Under the pieces are notes generated by a model. That model made no database searches. It was given only the letters and a program-made list of their open reading frames with translations, and had not been told where the DNA came from. From the human T2T-CHM13v2.0 reference genome, Homo sapiens, in assembly GCF_009914755.1 (NCBI RefSeq), contig NC_060927.1: 64,000 bases of DNA; one strand, 5' to 3'. Of this stretch, positions 1 through 18,975 are shown piece by piece (position 1 is the stretch's first letter; each line of letters opens with the position of its first letter). Position numbers and translations under genes: made by a program.

Positions 1-495
1 AGTTAAAATTCTCATGAAATGTCTGCCCTCTGACTCTGCTCTTATCATTCACATCTCTGAATTTGAGGCTGTGGGACTTGCAGCCTCCCACCTTAACCCT
101 AAGAGAGATTTGTTGCACTGGGCCTGAATTGCTCTTGACTGAAAGAGTTGATCATTGTGCCCACAGGTAAGAGAGGAAGAGCCAGATCCTGGAGAATAGT
201 CTTGAATTATTGCATTCATAAGAGGTGAAAGGTGTCATTAGAAATGCAGGGTGGAGGGCTTGCTGGAAAGATTTAGGAAAGCAGAGAAGCAAAGGATAAG
301 CGAGCATGCTAAGTATAAAGAGTCTTGCATTGAACATGATTGGTAGCTTTTGGCATCTATTATCTTTCTAGAAGATAATGCAGTTGGTATATGCTTTGTG
401 TTCTTCTAAAATTGAGAAAGAAAAGCATAAATATACCTGAATATTCGTAAGATTATTGGTGTGGATAAATCTGGAGGGACAGTTGAAAGGAAAAA

Positions 496-696
496 AGGAA
501 GGAGGGAGGGAAGGAGGGAGGGAAGGAGGGAGAGATGGAGGGAGAAAGGCAGGCAGGAAGGAAGGAAAGGGAAGGGAAGGAAGGAAGGAGGGAAATGAGG
601 AAGGGAGGGAGGGAGGGAAGGAACAAAGGAAGGAGGGAAATAAGGGAGGAAGGGAGGGAGGGAGGGAGGAGGAAGGGAGGGAGGGAAGGAAGGAAA
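496..696. repeat. Purine-rich (GGAA/GGGA)n low-complexity repeat
   Basis: About 200 bp of ggaa/ggga units; source of spurious ORF 456..731. Confidence 0.95.
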
Positions 697-2439
697 TAGT
701 TTTTATGCCCTTTACACTGTTTCTCTCATAAACTTTTTTGTCATATAGGCACTAGGAAGGTAGACATCAGCCTAGTTCATGTAAAATCATTCCAAAGCTT
801 GAATTTAGAAAGATCCAAAGTAATGAAGTTTTATTGAATTTATAAAATGTTAGTGATCACATCACTGTAACTTAAAAGACAAATCTCAAAGTAAACTTTC
901 AGTTATTCCAGAATATAATGTGAAATGATGGCTGTGCCTCAAGGGCTGATCAGTGAATATTGCCATATCAACAGCTGTTTCCTTGGTTTTCACCTCATGT
1001 GGTTTTGGCTCTTTCCAAAATATATTGGTGCACCTATGCAAAGGCTCTTTGGAGACAGTAATGATACTTGTCTGAGTACACAGATAGAAGATTTTCAGGA
1101 AAATTAATAGCCTCGGTTATGATTTGGTGATGTTCTTGCAAGGTAATTGACAGAGAGGTGCTTTAAAATGTCAACCAAAATGTCAGATTTCATACCGTTC
1201 TTTGTGTCCCCACTATTACTTTCTCTAAGGTCTGATTATTAGTTTAGCCTGATGGCTCTTTTTGTTTCTATCATAGCTACAGCATTGAAAAAGGCTCCCA
1301 GTCTGAAATGGTGACCATAGATAAAATTTCAATTAAGAACCATTCTGGGATGACGAGGATAGCAGTGTTTGGCTATGGGTATGGCTCATTTATGAGGCTT
1401 CTCCATGAATCACAAACACTTGAGTTGATTTATTGTCTCAGCATTTTTGGGGTCACTGTATTCACTACTGGAGTGAAGGATGTGACAATGTTACAATGAA
1501 GGGAACCAAGTTCCAGATGGGTTAATCGACTTCCCTATCGTTTCATGGCTAGTTAGTATTAGAACCATGGTTAGATCCCAGGTCTTCTAGAGCCTGGTAA
1601 TGAGCTATTGAAATGAGATTGCCATGGCATAGATATTGGGGCAGATGAATGAAATGGGATGCCATAGGGCTAAAAAAAAAAAAAAATAAGGAGGAAATCA
1701 TGACTCTAAAACTATTGGGAGAATACAGAGGAACGAGCATATTTTATATTCCATGTGTAACTTATGAGAGCAGCACATCATACATCATCCAACCATTCTT
1801 TTAAACAAATACAGCAGCAGCTACGATAAAATAAGACTTTTATATCAGATGGCTCCTAAATATAAATTAGTGGCTTCACCTGGTGTTTAACTGCAGAAAA
1901 AAATGATAGATCCCAAGGCTGGATGAATACATAGCTGTGTTGGAAATTATGAGGTCTAATACAGTGTATGCAAGACAACTCAAAATATCAGGGATATTTC
2001 TGACCCTCATATTTTTGTCTTATACCCTGACTTTGAAATCAACACCCAAATAAGACAAGAATTCACAGTATTGAAGTCTTTTTCCCCTCATCAAAAGAAA
2101 ATGAAGGAAAATTATGTATGAATAGATTAATAGTTTAGTTTTTAAGCAACAACAACTTTATCATCATTTTCAAATATTCCTGTCCAGAATGCCTTTCAGT
2201 AGGAAATACAGTGCAAGATTTTTTTACATATTTCTAAAATACATATTTTAAAATATATTTAAACATTGAAAATATAAGCTTTAGGCAGTACCATTTGGCT
2301 ACTATATTTTGAATTTGAATCTTAATGACATTTCTCATGGTTTTTTGCTCAAAAATTGAATGGAATTTGATTATTTCTTCTTCAAATATTTTTTGAAATG
2401 TGACATGCTTACTGAAAAATACATGTAAGCATTTAAGAA

Positions 2440-2880
2440 CTGAACACTCCTATGTAAACAGCATAAAGATCATGTAACAAAACTTGACCAGCATCCTACA
2501 ACTCCCAGACCTGAATGCCTTTCTAATCACAATTTCCCCAAAGTAACCGTTAACCTGACTTTTAACATCATAGATTAGTTCTGCCTGTTTTTGTATTTAA
2601 TGTAAACAAATTCTTATTGCATTCTATTTGTGTTTACGTATTTTACTTACATTATATTAGTGATATTCATCTATTTGGTTTCAAATGATTGTAAGTCACT
2701 CATTCACGCTGATGTATAATGTTGTATTGTGAAACTAAATTTTAATACTACCTGTGTTTAAAGTAGATGTATTAATTTGAATCAGCCAGCAATGTATGAG
2801 AGTTTAAGTGGCTGTGCACGCTCCCCAAAACTTGATACTTTTCACCTTTTTTATTTTAGCATTCTGTTGGGCAAGCTTTG
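2440..2880 (-). mobile_element. Ancient L1M/L1ME 3' fragment
   Basis: Motifs gtaaccgttaacctgacttttaacatcatagattagtt and ccagcaatgtatgagagtt resemble L1ME 3' ends. Confidence 0.55.
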
Positions 2881-3253
2881 ATTTTTAAATTGACTAAATA
2901 AACCTCTGGCAAACTCATACCAAACAAAGGTCTTTATTGAAGAACGAGTGTGTGCTGGGGGTGGGAAGGGGCAATCTCTCATAAAGTGGAATGCTTCAGC
3001 ATCAACGAGTTCAAAGAGGAAATGCAGTTTGAATAATGTAAGCAGAAATGTCTCAGCACAGACAAGTGTTTTTGTTTAAAATACTTCTTTATTTTCAGAA
3101 AAAGCATTTCCTTTGGAATGAAGAGAGATGTATATAGGATAGAAATTTATGGAACCTGAAAACTGACATTTTTAAGATGGAGGGAGTTGTGGGATTGAAG
3201 AAAACACTAAGGGCTTTATTTTTTATTGATGATTGAGATTTCCATAGAGATAA

Positions 3254-3475
<222 letters not shown>

Positions 3476-5773
3476 TGAAATTGTTTACTTAAAAACTCTT
3501 GGAGAAAAACATGCATTTTTAATAACAGCAACTGATAAATATTCGTAACTGTTAGCAGTCAGCATTTGGTGCATATTCCAAATCACAGACTCACATGCAT
3601 TTACATTCTATCGTCTTTATAATAAAGACACACTTGACAGGAACTAGAAGTTCATATTCCTATGCTAATATGAGGAGGATGAGAAAACAGTTTATCACAA
3701 TGTAAGGATTAACACCACTTCATTGTATTAGGCAAAAATTAATGGATGGGATAAGTGTCTTTAGGAGGATGTGATTTAAAATACATCTCTCCATTTCCTC
3801 TAGATTGCTGTAGCTCAAAACTTAGATGTGCGAAGTGTAGTTATGTACAAAGTTAAGAACTCTAGCTTAGTGGTTGTTAGAATAGAATGTTGCAAACAAA
3901 TGTGAATCCTGTACCTTATTGTATATAAGAATATAATACTTGGTTTTAAGACATAAACAAGCTTTTCAGTTATCTTTAAAGGAGTCTGAGAATTTGTGTT
4001 GTTTACCTTGTATCTTCTGGTTATAATTTATTAAGAAATTCTTTGCATTTTGTATAAGCTGACAAAAGTTAACACTGAAAAACTGCTGATATTATTTGTT
4101 TTAAACCAAAGTAGGATTCTAGTCACCAGAGAAAAAGCAATTATCCTTTGTGGATTTCTATGTAGTAAGTTCTTTTTTAGAATCAGCTACTTGACATTTC
4201 AACAGCTATGTCTTTTTAGGAATGGACTCTTTTATTCCAGCTCTTTTTTAAAATGTGTGTGATTGTTTTCAATACATTATGTTTCTTGAAATGACAACCC
4301 AAATGAACAGATATGATAGTTTGGTGCTCTCACTTCTAGCATTTGAAAGCCTTGCAAATGCATGTCTGTTTTGCTGTATATTGGCATGACTAAATTATGT
4401 AGTGTATTTTACATATGCAAGGGAAGAGCCATATTAAAATTAAAGTTGCTTGAATTTTAGAGCAAGCATAGTACCTGTCCAATGTAAGTTCCACAAAGAT
4501 AAGTATGAAAATTGGTGTGTATAGTTTTTGCTTTTAATATTTTCTTTGTAAGATAGAAACACAAAAGGTAAGGATCCTTTGAATAAAATTATTCAAACAT
4601 GTAAGTATATATTCATATTATGTACATTCACAAATATGTGTGGATAAATAGAAATATAACACAATCCTTAGAAAGAAATACATGACTTTTTTTTGCTTGA
4701 AAGAAGGCAGTTTGATTAACCTTTAACTGACTTGTTTGGAATATGAGGACCATGCCTAATGGTTTTATACAAATTCCTTAATTATCTTTGTCTCATGTTC
4801 CTTATGTCTCGTGTTAGGGGAGAAATCCCCATCTTGGTGGACTGCAGTGAATAACAGCGGTGAAGTATACCTTTTCATTTAGAGTTTGAGAGAGCTCAAT
4901 AAAAATACTCATTTTTGCCATCCACGTTCTGAATCAGCTGAAAAAGAAAAATGAGTAGATTGGAGACCAAAATATCACCTTTATTTTTGATGAAACTAAT
5001 AAAGGAAAACATGAAATATGTCTACCTCCAAGTGGGCTTCCTTCTAGTGAGCTCTAGTTTTAGGCAAAGTTGCCCCTCAGTCACAAAGCAGAGCCTCTCA
5101 CTGTGTAACTTAATGTCTGGAGAACCAGAGCAGAACAGTTGCTCCCTAAAGAGAGAGAAGACAAAGGGGTCATCCTATACATGTCCATATCACCTTCCAA
5201 ACTTAATCAAATTATATTCTTCTTCTTTTCCCGGAAATAGCTAAGTTAAGGAGCAGAGAGAGGCTAGCATGTCGCACTAGTAGAGCTGCTGGCACTTGAA
5301 AGATTACACCTGTCATTTGGAAGTGAAGGACATCAATTTGAACACTGTGCAACCAATAACAAAGTAATCCAAAATTCTATCTTAAAATGGTGTTAACATT
5401 TGTATTCCAATACATGTATTAAATTGTGCTCAATAATATTTTCATTTTGCTTAGGGAACATGTACAATGTAAAGACTATCTCTTGCAAGATTTAAATAAA
5501 AAATATCAACAAAACACTTTTAACATTAATTATATTGTGCAAAATATGATTTAATTTTTTGAAATATTTGCTAGTAAGTCCCTAGATATATTTATCTCAA
5601 CATTATCTCATATAAAAATATTACTTCTAATATATACTGAACACTCAAGAACAGTTTTTTCTATTGCTACCTTATTATAAATGTCCCATAGAAGTATGTA
5701 GTATTTTTAGAAAGACAGAGTAACTGTTGTAAGTCACTATGGTTATAAAATGATAATTAAAAATAGCCAACAA

Positions 5774-6080
5774 TCTAGGAGGCCAAGGCAGGAGAACTGC
5801 TTGAGCCCAGAGTTTGATACCAACTCGAGCAACATAGGGAGACTCTGTCTTTACCAAAAAAAATATAATAATAAAATAAAAAATAAATTAAAAATTAGCC
5901 AGGTCATGGTGGTGCGCACTTGTAGTCCCAGCTATTTGGGAGGCTGAGGTGAGAGGATCACTTCAGCCCAGGAGGTGAATGCTGCAGTGACTGGTGATTC
6001 ACTCCTGCACTCTAGCCTGGGTGACAGAGTGAGACCCTGTCTCAAAAAAAAAAAAGAAATAAAGAAAAAGAAAAAAAAAT
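5774..6080 (+). mobile_element. AluJ, 5' truncated
   Basis: Dimeric Alu with J-type cttgagccc motifs, middle A-rich linker and A tail. Confidence 0.9.
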
Positions 6081-6609
6081 ATTTTTACCTGCCCTTAATG
6101 GAGAAAAACACCTTAAAATTTACCAATTGATGGCATGTCTTGCAGGAAAGACACACCTTAACATATGATATTTTTAAAGCTTCCAAATAAGTGTTTGATT
6201 ATTAAAATGTCACCATGTAACTGTAGCAGTATTATGTCATAACATTAAAAAAAACTAAATGAGTGCATGACATGACCCAGTGTTGCACCTTCTGCAAATG
6301 CATCACTAAAGTTCATCTAAGTTGTAGGAATAAGGTTCATGTTAATTAAATTAATTAATACTGAGGTTCACATGATGGGCTTCATTTAAGAGATATAAAT
6401 GGCATGGACTTCTATTAAAAATACTTTAATCATTTTTCTATGTTTTGGGGGAGTTTATTTAAATGAGGAAGAACCTGTTTTATAGAAGTGGCTAATGAGG
6501 TGTGGGATATAATATAGGCCTTTTATCGATGGACAGCATTGGTGGAAGATGAGCACAAAATTCAAACTACTATTTGTATGTACAATAGCTTTCAGCTGGT
6601 GGATCTGCT

Positions 6610-6610
<1 letters not shown>

Positions 6611-6656
<46 letters not shown>

Positions 6657-6680
6657 GAGAGAGAGAGAGAAAGAGAGAGA
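6611..6680. repeat. (TG)n(GA)n microsatellite
   Basis: About 21 GT units followed by GA units. Confidence 0.97.
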
Positions 6681-6967
6681 CAGCCTTCAGCAGGATTCTG
6701 ATGGTTCTTACCACCTTTAAAACTACCTTCTTTTTTGGCACATAGTTTACTTCTATTCCAAAAATAGTGTGTACACCACTTACTTCTATGTTCATGTCAA
6801 GTGTTACTTATGGAGTGAATTTAATACGAGGCCCTGTTTATATCTTTCGGTATCAGTTAGGAAATACTTTGATATAAAATTTGGATTTATATGTCAATCA
6901 GCTTGGCAATTGAGGTTCTTTTGTTGCTGATCAGAAATCTTGGCTGGCAGTTAAATATGTCCTTTTT

Positions 6968-7042
6968 ATAAAAAAAAAAAAGAAAAGGAAAGAAAGAAAA
7001 GAAAAGAAAAGAAAGAAAAGAAAAGAAAAAGAAAGGAAGGGA
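6968..7042. repeat. A-rich (GAAAA/GAAA)n repeat
   Basis: Seen directly. Confidence 0.9.
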
Positions 7043-7479
7043 ATGTCTACTTAGTACAAGAAGCCAGGGTAGGCAAAGTCTTTTTTGGACACCAGGTCCT
7101 CGATGGTGGGGAAGGATTAAGAAAAACATTCACAGGGCTGAGAACGGAGGGCCTTTGGTTGGAGTGGTTCAGAGGGAATTGTTTCCTTTGAGTGAAGGAA
7201 AATAGCCTCAGCAGGGGGCTTTAATTTTTTTAGTTAATTAAAATTAAATTAATTTAATTAAATTCATTTTAAAAATTATATTTAAAATTTAATGTAAGTT
7301 TAAAAGTGGATTAATAATATATTAAGTAATTCAAAAAATATTTATTGAGCAGCCACTCTGACCCCAGCATTGCATTCGCATTTGGAGATGTCAAAATGGA
7401 GACAATATGCTTGGAGACATCTTAAGTCTCAGCTTAAATCCTTTCCACTAAATTTTGGCTGTTAGTCCTTCTAGAAGCT

Positions 7480-7865
7480 GCTACTGTCTCAGGAACTGAG
7501 TTTCCTCATCTATAAAATGAGGTACTCATACATATCTCCTACATTTGTTATAGGTTTATAAGAGATAATATATGCAATTCACGTAGCACAGGGCATATAG
7601 AATATGCTCAATAAAAGATGTGGTCATGTTTGTTATATTCTATAAGTTTTTATAAAAATAGCTAGCTCTTATTGAGTCTCTGCTTCATGCTAAGTGCTTC
7701 ACATAGGTGACTTCATTTACTTCTCATAACTCTGTGAAATAAGTATTATTCCTATTCCCATTTATTGATGAATTTAAATGACTTGACAAAGTTGACATAG
7801 TAAAAAAAAAAAAAAAATGGTAACCTAGGATTTACACTCATGCAGCCCAACCTCAGAGCCTACAT
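7480..7865. mobile_element. Two MIR fragments in opposite orientation
   Basis: MIR core agtttcctcatctataaaatgagg, then its reverse form attattcctattcccatttattgatg. Confidence 0.65.
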
Positions 7866-8299
7866 TATGTTTTTTCTCCCTCACTTGCCCTCGGCAAAGT
7901 GCTCGTAATCTTATGGTGGACACAGATCCAGTTTTGCGATACAGTATGTTCAGTAGAATGACAGAAATAATAAATTCTTCTCAGACAAGGAAGCAAGATA
8001 GAGCGGGTCAGCAAGAGGTAGAGCAGAGTCAAGGAGAACTTCACAGGAGAAATAATATTGAAGCAAATCGTGAAAGATGATTTGTGTGTGGAGTAAGACT
8101 GAAAGGAAAGAATGTTAATTTTAGGTGATGAAACAGCAAGTAGTTGACCTTTGTTCATAAGAAAAGTCATGAAGTTGAAGTTCAACCCTAAGGAGTTTAG
8201 GTGGTATGCAGATATATTTCAGAGTTAGAACAGCTTGGCCTTGACATAAGAGATGAAGGAAAACGAGATCTTTTGGGACCCTCTTTCTGGTTTAAGGGC

Positions 8300-9010
8300 T
8301 GTTATGAACTGATTCGTGTCACTCCCAAATGTATATATTGAAGCCTTAACCCCCAGTTATCTCAGAATGTAACGGTATTTGAGGCCTTTGAATAATTAAG
8401 TTAAAATGAAGTTGTTAGGGTTGCCCCTAATCCAGTCTGACTCTTATGAGAAGAGATTAGAACAAACAAAGAGACACCAGCGGTGTGAATGCACAGAGGG
8501 ACTGCTGACCATGGGAACAGAACAGCCATATGCAAGCCAAGGAGAGTCCTCAGGAAACCAACCTGCCAAACCAACCTTAATCTTGAATCTCTAACCACCA
8601 GAACTGTAAGAAAATAAATTTCTGTTGTTTAAGCCACTCAGTCTGAGGTACAGTCTCCCTTGGTGTCATTGGATTGGTTCCACTACATCCTGAGGATACC
8701 ATAATCCACTGATGTTTAAATTCCTCATATAAAATGATGTAATATTTTGTATATCCTCCCATATACTTTAAAAAAATCTCTAGATTACTTATAATGCCCA
8801 ATGCAATGTAAATGCTATGAAAATGATTTTTGTGTTGTATTGTTTAGGGAATAATGACAAGAAAAAAGCCTATACATGTTTAGTTGAAATGAAACCATCC
8901 ACTATTTTTCTGAATATTTTTGATCCACACTTGGTTGAATCCGTGGATGTGGAACCCGCAGATACAGAAGGCTGACTGCATTTTGTTATAGCAGCCCTAG
9001 CAAACATAAT
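8300..9010 (+). mobile_element. MLT1B-like MaLR solo LTR, interrupted by MER2
   Basis: Starts tgttatgaactga; contains cagaactgtaagaaaataaatttctgttgtttaagccac; resumes ttttgttatagcagccctagcaaac after the insert. Confidence 0.8.
8651..8978. mobile_element. MER2 (Tigger-derived MITE) inside MLT1
   Basis: CAGTC...GACTG termini, flanked by TA on the left and CA (decayed TA) on the right; internal ctctagattacttataat motif. Confidence 0.85.
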
Positions 9011-9612
9011 TAATGACTTTAATCCAGATGGTAAATGCAGAAGAGAAATAAGTTTCTGAGGAACATTAATGAATTCAGTATTGGGTCTACTGTTTGAGGT
9101 TTCTATTCATGTCTTATAGGCAAATAGACATGAGGGTCAGGTGATCAAGAGAGAGTTATGGACTGAAGGCATAGATTTGACAGCCATCAATATATTGATG
9201 GTAATGCAAAAAAAAAAAGGTCATAGGTGAGATTCTTTAGGAATACTAAAGAAAAACTTCAAGAGGAGGGAGGAAAGAAGTAGGTCAAGGGTAGGACCCT
9301 GGATCATACTAACGTTTGAGGAACCAGGAGGAGAGTATCATTAAAGGAGATAGATTAATAATGGTGAGACATTAGAGAAAAACGGAACCAGACATCATAG
9401 AGAAATTAAGTCAGATGAGGACAGAGATGTGCCCATTGGGTTTTTTAATTGAAAGATTACAGGATTGCTGCTAAAAGCAGTTTCAAGAGAGTGCTGGGAG
9501 AGAAAGCCAATAATGAGAATCTTACTAACTTTCCAACACTTTGGGCCATCACATTATTAAAATTAAGGAGACACAATTGTAGCACTTTCTTGTATGCTCT
9601 TAGCTCAAGTAA

Positions 9613-9983
<371 letters not shown>

Positions 9984-10279
9984 CCACATTCGACTTTCTA
10001 ACTACCATTTCACCTTCTAACTTTTTTGAAACTTTGGGACAAGTCAAGCTGCCCTGTTCATTTTCAGCTCACACTCTTCTTTCTCCTTACCCAGGAGAAT
10101 TTTCCCTCACTTGGAATATATCTTTGTCACCTATTCATCATGAAAATCCCACTTCTTTTCTGTATAGTCAGATTTTCCTGATCTACTTTAGTTCATAGTA
10201 AGTGTCCTTCCCTTAAAACACTCTATTCCTTGCTGCTGGAGTCATCTTTCTAAACCTTCTTGCACCGGTGTATCAAACT

Positions 10280-13944
<3,665 letters not shown>

Positions 13945-14619
13945 TCATTATGGGCCTTGAAACCGGCATAGGGCTTCATTCTTTGCATTTCCTACATTGC
14001 CTTAAACATAATAGAAACTGAGTAAATACTTTCTTATTAATTAATTGTATTCAATTGCCCTCACCTGTGTGATAGTGGTTAATGTCTTTTAAAAGTTCCT
14101 TTCCTCTGCACTCAGTTGCATTTGTGTCAATTTTCCAAACATTTTTCACAGCAGTTCATTCATTATGTTAATTTGGTTTTCCATTCAAACCAGTTGAGTA
14201 TAATAATACATGCCTTGTTTTTCCAGGCACAGAGCCCAATGAAATTATTTTTGTTTATTTCTTGTTGAGTGTCCCAGATTTGCTTTGGAATGTTGGTTGA
14301 TGCTGGCTTATTCATTATGTGATAACAACATCAGTTATCATAGAATGAGGGGATTTCAATTACAATTTCTAAAAAGTGAGCACTTCAAATTTGTTTTGAG
14401 AATTTAGGGGTTGATGTGTGAAGCTTTTCACATTATCTTTAGTGGTAATACAAATCAAGATTCCAACGCAGTGGCATTTCTTGGTTGTCTAAGTGGCAAG
14501 CTGCAGCAGGTTGGCATTGTTAATTACACTGGTAAAAGTTTTGTGTTGCAGATACCATTGCCTATTACTAAGTGACTTCAGAAGAAATAAAATAATAAAC
14601 AGCTATTCTAAACAATTAT

Positions 14620-15175
14620 ATGTGCATTGCCTTTAGCTACAAGAACCTGCAAACCTAACTAACACAAGATTAAACAGTAAAGGCTTATTTTCCTCATATT
14701 TCAAAGAGCATGGGACTGCGCAGCCCGTGGTTAGGAACAGTGGCTCTGTAATACTGGTGGGCACTCAGGCTCTTTTGGCCCTTCTGCTCTGCTGTCCTTT
14801 ATGTGTTGGTTTTCTTCATCTTGCTTGTCACCTGATGGTTGCAAGATGCATGCTGCACCTTTAGAACTCATGTCTGTGGTGCAGACAATAAAAAGAGTGA
14901 AGGACAAAAGCCAAGGGCCTCTTTCTATGAGGGTTCTCCTTTGTTTGTAGGAAGGAATGTCTTTCCCCTTGCCTCTTTCTCCTTCCAGAGATTTCTGTCA
15001 ACATGTCATTTACCATAACTTTGTCACGTGGCCATGGCCATTTCTAGCTCCAAGGAATGCCAATAAATCAAGGTTTGGGTTTTTTCCCTAAGCTTTTATA
15101 TCTCTAAAATAGAAATAGCCAAAAGAGAAAGAGTCTTGGAATGAGATTGGGTCAGGCAATCTAGAGTGTGTGTCA
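14620..15175 (-). mobile_element. Old MaLR LTR (MLT1J/K-like)
   Basis: tttagctacaag...cttctgctctgctgtcc...gtcacgtggcc...ctagctccaagg pattern. Confidence 0.55.
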
Positions 15176-15514
15176 AGGTATCATGTATTGATTATTTTCT
15201 ATATGCCAGACATATTATCCCAGGATCCTACAATGTAGAAGAATGAGACTTAGAGTGTAAAGTGAACTGCCCAATGCCTCGGTGCTGTGCAGAGATGGAG
15301 ACGGGGTAAAGTTCAGGGCCATCTGGTCTCAGAGCTTATATATTTCCACTATACCACAAGGGGACCTCCAAGGAAACAAGTGAGACGAAACTGGAAATGA
15401 TGTGGAAAGAAAGGTGGGCTTATCTCCGTTTCTTCCCCAAACCCCTACAAGCAATTGTTATTGAAACAGAGCTCCTATCACAATTATTTTTACCATTCTC
15501 ATTTGTTATTTAAA

Positions 15515-15678
15515 ATCCTTACTATTCAAAGTGTGGTCTGAGGGACTGACACTTCAGCATCACCTGGGAGCTCATTTGAAATGCAGAATCTCAGGCTCTA
15601 GATTAGACCTTTCGATCAGAATCTGCATTTCAGTGAGCTCAGGTGACTCACATGCATATCCAAGTTTGAGAAGCCCTG
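15515..15678. mobile_element. MER5A hAT MITE
   Basis: tcaaagtgtggtc...cagcatcacctgggag...gaaatgcagaatctcagg...aagtttgagaagccctg. Confidence 0.85.
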
Positions 15679-15739
15679 TGACATATACATTTCTTAGAAG
15701 GCTTCCCCAACCATCCAGATTAAGCTAATTCATCTTCAG

Positions 15740-15985
15740 CGATTCCGTTACATCACCCTGTTCATTGTTTTATAGCATGTATGCCTATCTGAAACAACAT
15801 TACTAAAAAGTTGGTTTTAATTGTAATTGTTTTCTGTTCCACTAAAATGTATGTTTCATCAGGGAACAGACTTTGCTTTTGTTGAGGATCTTATCTCTAA
15901 CACTTGCAGATAGAGTGTCTGACACATAGTAAGTGCTCAATAAATATTTGATAGATGGATGATGAGTATATGAATGCATAAATGA
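15740..15985 (+). mobile_element. L2 3' end
   Basis: gacacatagtaagtgctcaataaatatttg followed by a (atga)n-like tail. Confidence 0.7.
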
Positions 15986-17207
15986 TGTCTAATTTAGGAT
16001 GCTTGGCTCTTCAGAGATAGATAACCACATAGCATTCTTGCTGTTTCAAAGTAACCAGATCAAAATTATAAAAGCTGCATTTCTCAGGTGCACATTCTGA
16101 AAACTGTATTGTTTGGCTTTGTTCTGCTTGATTTAATTCAAAGACGATTTTTCATGTATTTACCTTAGTCTTAGCCTCTCTAAATGTGTTCTTACTGCTG
16201 GTATTGAATGGCCCTTTGGCTTTGAATAGAATCTCTGTTGCTGGTTAATTTTTTGTTCTTTTTGACTCTTCTGTTGTTAAGTTTACAAGAATCTCAATTT
16301 GGTCAAAATTTTGAAGATAATTGAAGTTATTTGTTATAAAAAATAAAAAGTCACCAAAAGGAGAGACATTAAGAGACTGATCAGATGTTAATTAAATCTA
16401 CGGTGATTGATATGTACTTCGAATATTTTAATTTTCAACGTGGAACATTGTAGTAATGTTCCTTTCACTTGCTGAAGTATTCTGCCTGATTTTCTTTTGT
16501 TTGCATAATGGAAAAAAACACATGCAAAATTTCTAGTAAAGAGAAGTTGCCTGATGAGAGAATTATTATAAAAATTGATACTTTATCCCAGGAAATAGAT
16601 TTCTGCTTCAGGGACATCTATACCAACTCTTTGTCAGATATGTGATGGCACTGGAACTGAAGAGCTCATATAGATGCTTAAACTGATTTAAAAATTTTAA
16701 GCACATCTATATTTTATTTTATTAGCTATGTTTAAAAAATGATCTTTGGAGTTTCTACACATATTCGCTAATGTCTTTTTCTCCCAAAACCTTTTAAAGA
16801 CAAATAATGCAAACTAGGGTTCATAAACTAAGTTGCCTTTAGAGACCACAGTATGATGTAATGAGAAAGATGTTGCCATAGGCTGTGGTAAGTACTAGGC
16901 ATAATAGTCATGGCATGCTTCACCAAGTCATTCCATTTGAAAGAAAAATTTAAAATATCTGCAGCCAGTCAAAATACTCTCGTGGATTGCATTCGTTCTG
17001 ATGGTGAGTAGCTTGTGATCCTCGGACAAAACTTTCTGAAGCTATTATCTCATTAGCCTTATTTTTTATACAATATATTTCTAGTTTTATTACTTTAAGA
17101 TTAAAACATCATTTTTGCCCCTTTTTGGAATTTAATATTAAAAAACTTTTTGCAATTAAATGACCAATTCATTGAAACACCAGGCAAATATGGTATTAAG
17201 AAGATTA

Positions 17208-17618
<411 letters not shown>

Positions 17619-18737
17619 TTACCTAGACATTGGTATTAAAGAATATTCCCAGTTTGGGGATTACAGCTGTTATGATACTGTCATGGATGATAACAGTGTC
17701 ACTGAGGACAGGCTGGAGACCTACAGAAAGGTCTATAGGTAACTTTTCTTTGACCTGCTGGCATTTTCTGTGGAAGCATGCTGGGGAATGGCAGAAAATA
17801 CTGTGGGTTTGTACTTCAGTGGGTGGTGTGGCTAGTGTGGAGCTTTTCCCTTTTTTGCCTGAGTTTTTATATGGGGTTACTGAGGTAGTGACTTTGCCAG
17901 TGGGGAAAAAAACAGACTATTTGGTACCAAGAGCATAGGTGCCAATTATTTGGAGAAGTGTCTGGGAAACACTAAGTACCCTGAATGGGAAAGATAGGGT
18001 CCCCAGTTTTGGGGGATTTTGAGTCTAGTTTCTGCCCCATGCTTCAGTAAAAATAAGCTTTGCATCCCAGCTAGCTTGTTTTCAGACAGTAGGAAAAAAA
18101 GTGTCCAGGAGTCACTATGTATCAATCCTGCTTATCTCCCCAGTGAGCCTCCCCAAAATTCCATGATGCTTTACATAGATTTATATATATTTATTTGACA
18201 CTTTGTGTGGGGGAACAATTTAACTCATGGACAATATAGAAGTTTCAAAGGCAAATGTCTACTGAAATGTTCACATAGTTGCTTCAGTCTTGTAATATTA
18301 TATAGCATTTAAATTTTATTTGATCTACTTCAAAAATACATCTTTGAGTTCATGAGAAAAATACCTACAAACATAATTAGGGGACTGCTCCCCAGTTTGG
18401 AGGATGAAAATTTTGCCCAAGTATTAATTTCTCAAAGCAGACACTCATATTAAGAATGCTTATGCAATGTGGGAGGTGAGCTGAACAAATATTAACTAGA
18501 AAGCTGCTAAAATGACTGATTGCATTGATGAAAACTTCAGAACTTACAAATGGTGCTTATGAGCACACTGGTTTGTGCTCTAGTTTTTTCATGCATTCCT
18601 TTCCTCTTCTAGACTATGAGCTCTGTGAAAACAGATGCCATGTCTGATTCACTTTTGATCCCAGTAATTTAGGCTAAAGTGTGAGGACTCTCTTGAGTGG
18701 CATTAAAAGATTCAGAAGTCTTATGGTTATTCGTAAT

Positions 18738-18975
18738 AAACTATGAGGATGCAAAAGCATAAGAATGATACGATGGACTTTGGGGACTTGAAGGAAAGGG
18801 TGGGAAGAGAGTGAGGGATAAAAGACTACAAATTGGGTTCAGTGTATACCGCTCAGGTGATGGGTGCACCAAAATCTCACAAATTGCCGCTAAAGAACTT
18901 ATTCATGTAACCAAACACCACCTGTTCACCCAAAACCTATGAAATTAAATATATATTTTTTTCTTAAAAAAAAAA
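18738..18975 (+). mobile_element. L1PB 3'-terminal fragment
   Basis: ctatgaggatgcaaaagcataagaatgata...gggtgcaccaaaatctca...gtaaccaaacaccacctgttc. Confidence 0.85.

Noticed and set aside
456-731. G/R/E/K-rich ORF
   Set aside because: Translation of the GGAA repeat.
17630-17938. 102-aa non-repeat ORF
   Set aside because: Non-ATG start, no recognisable domain and no splice support.
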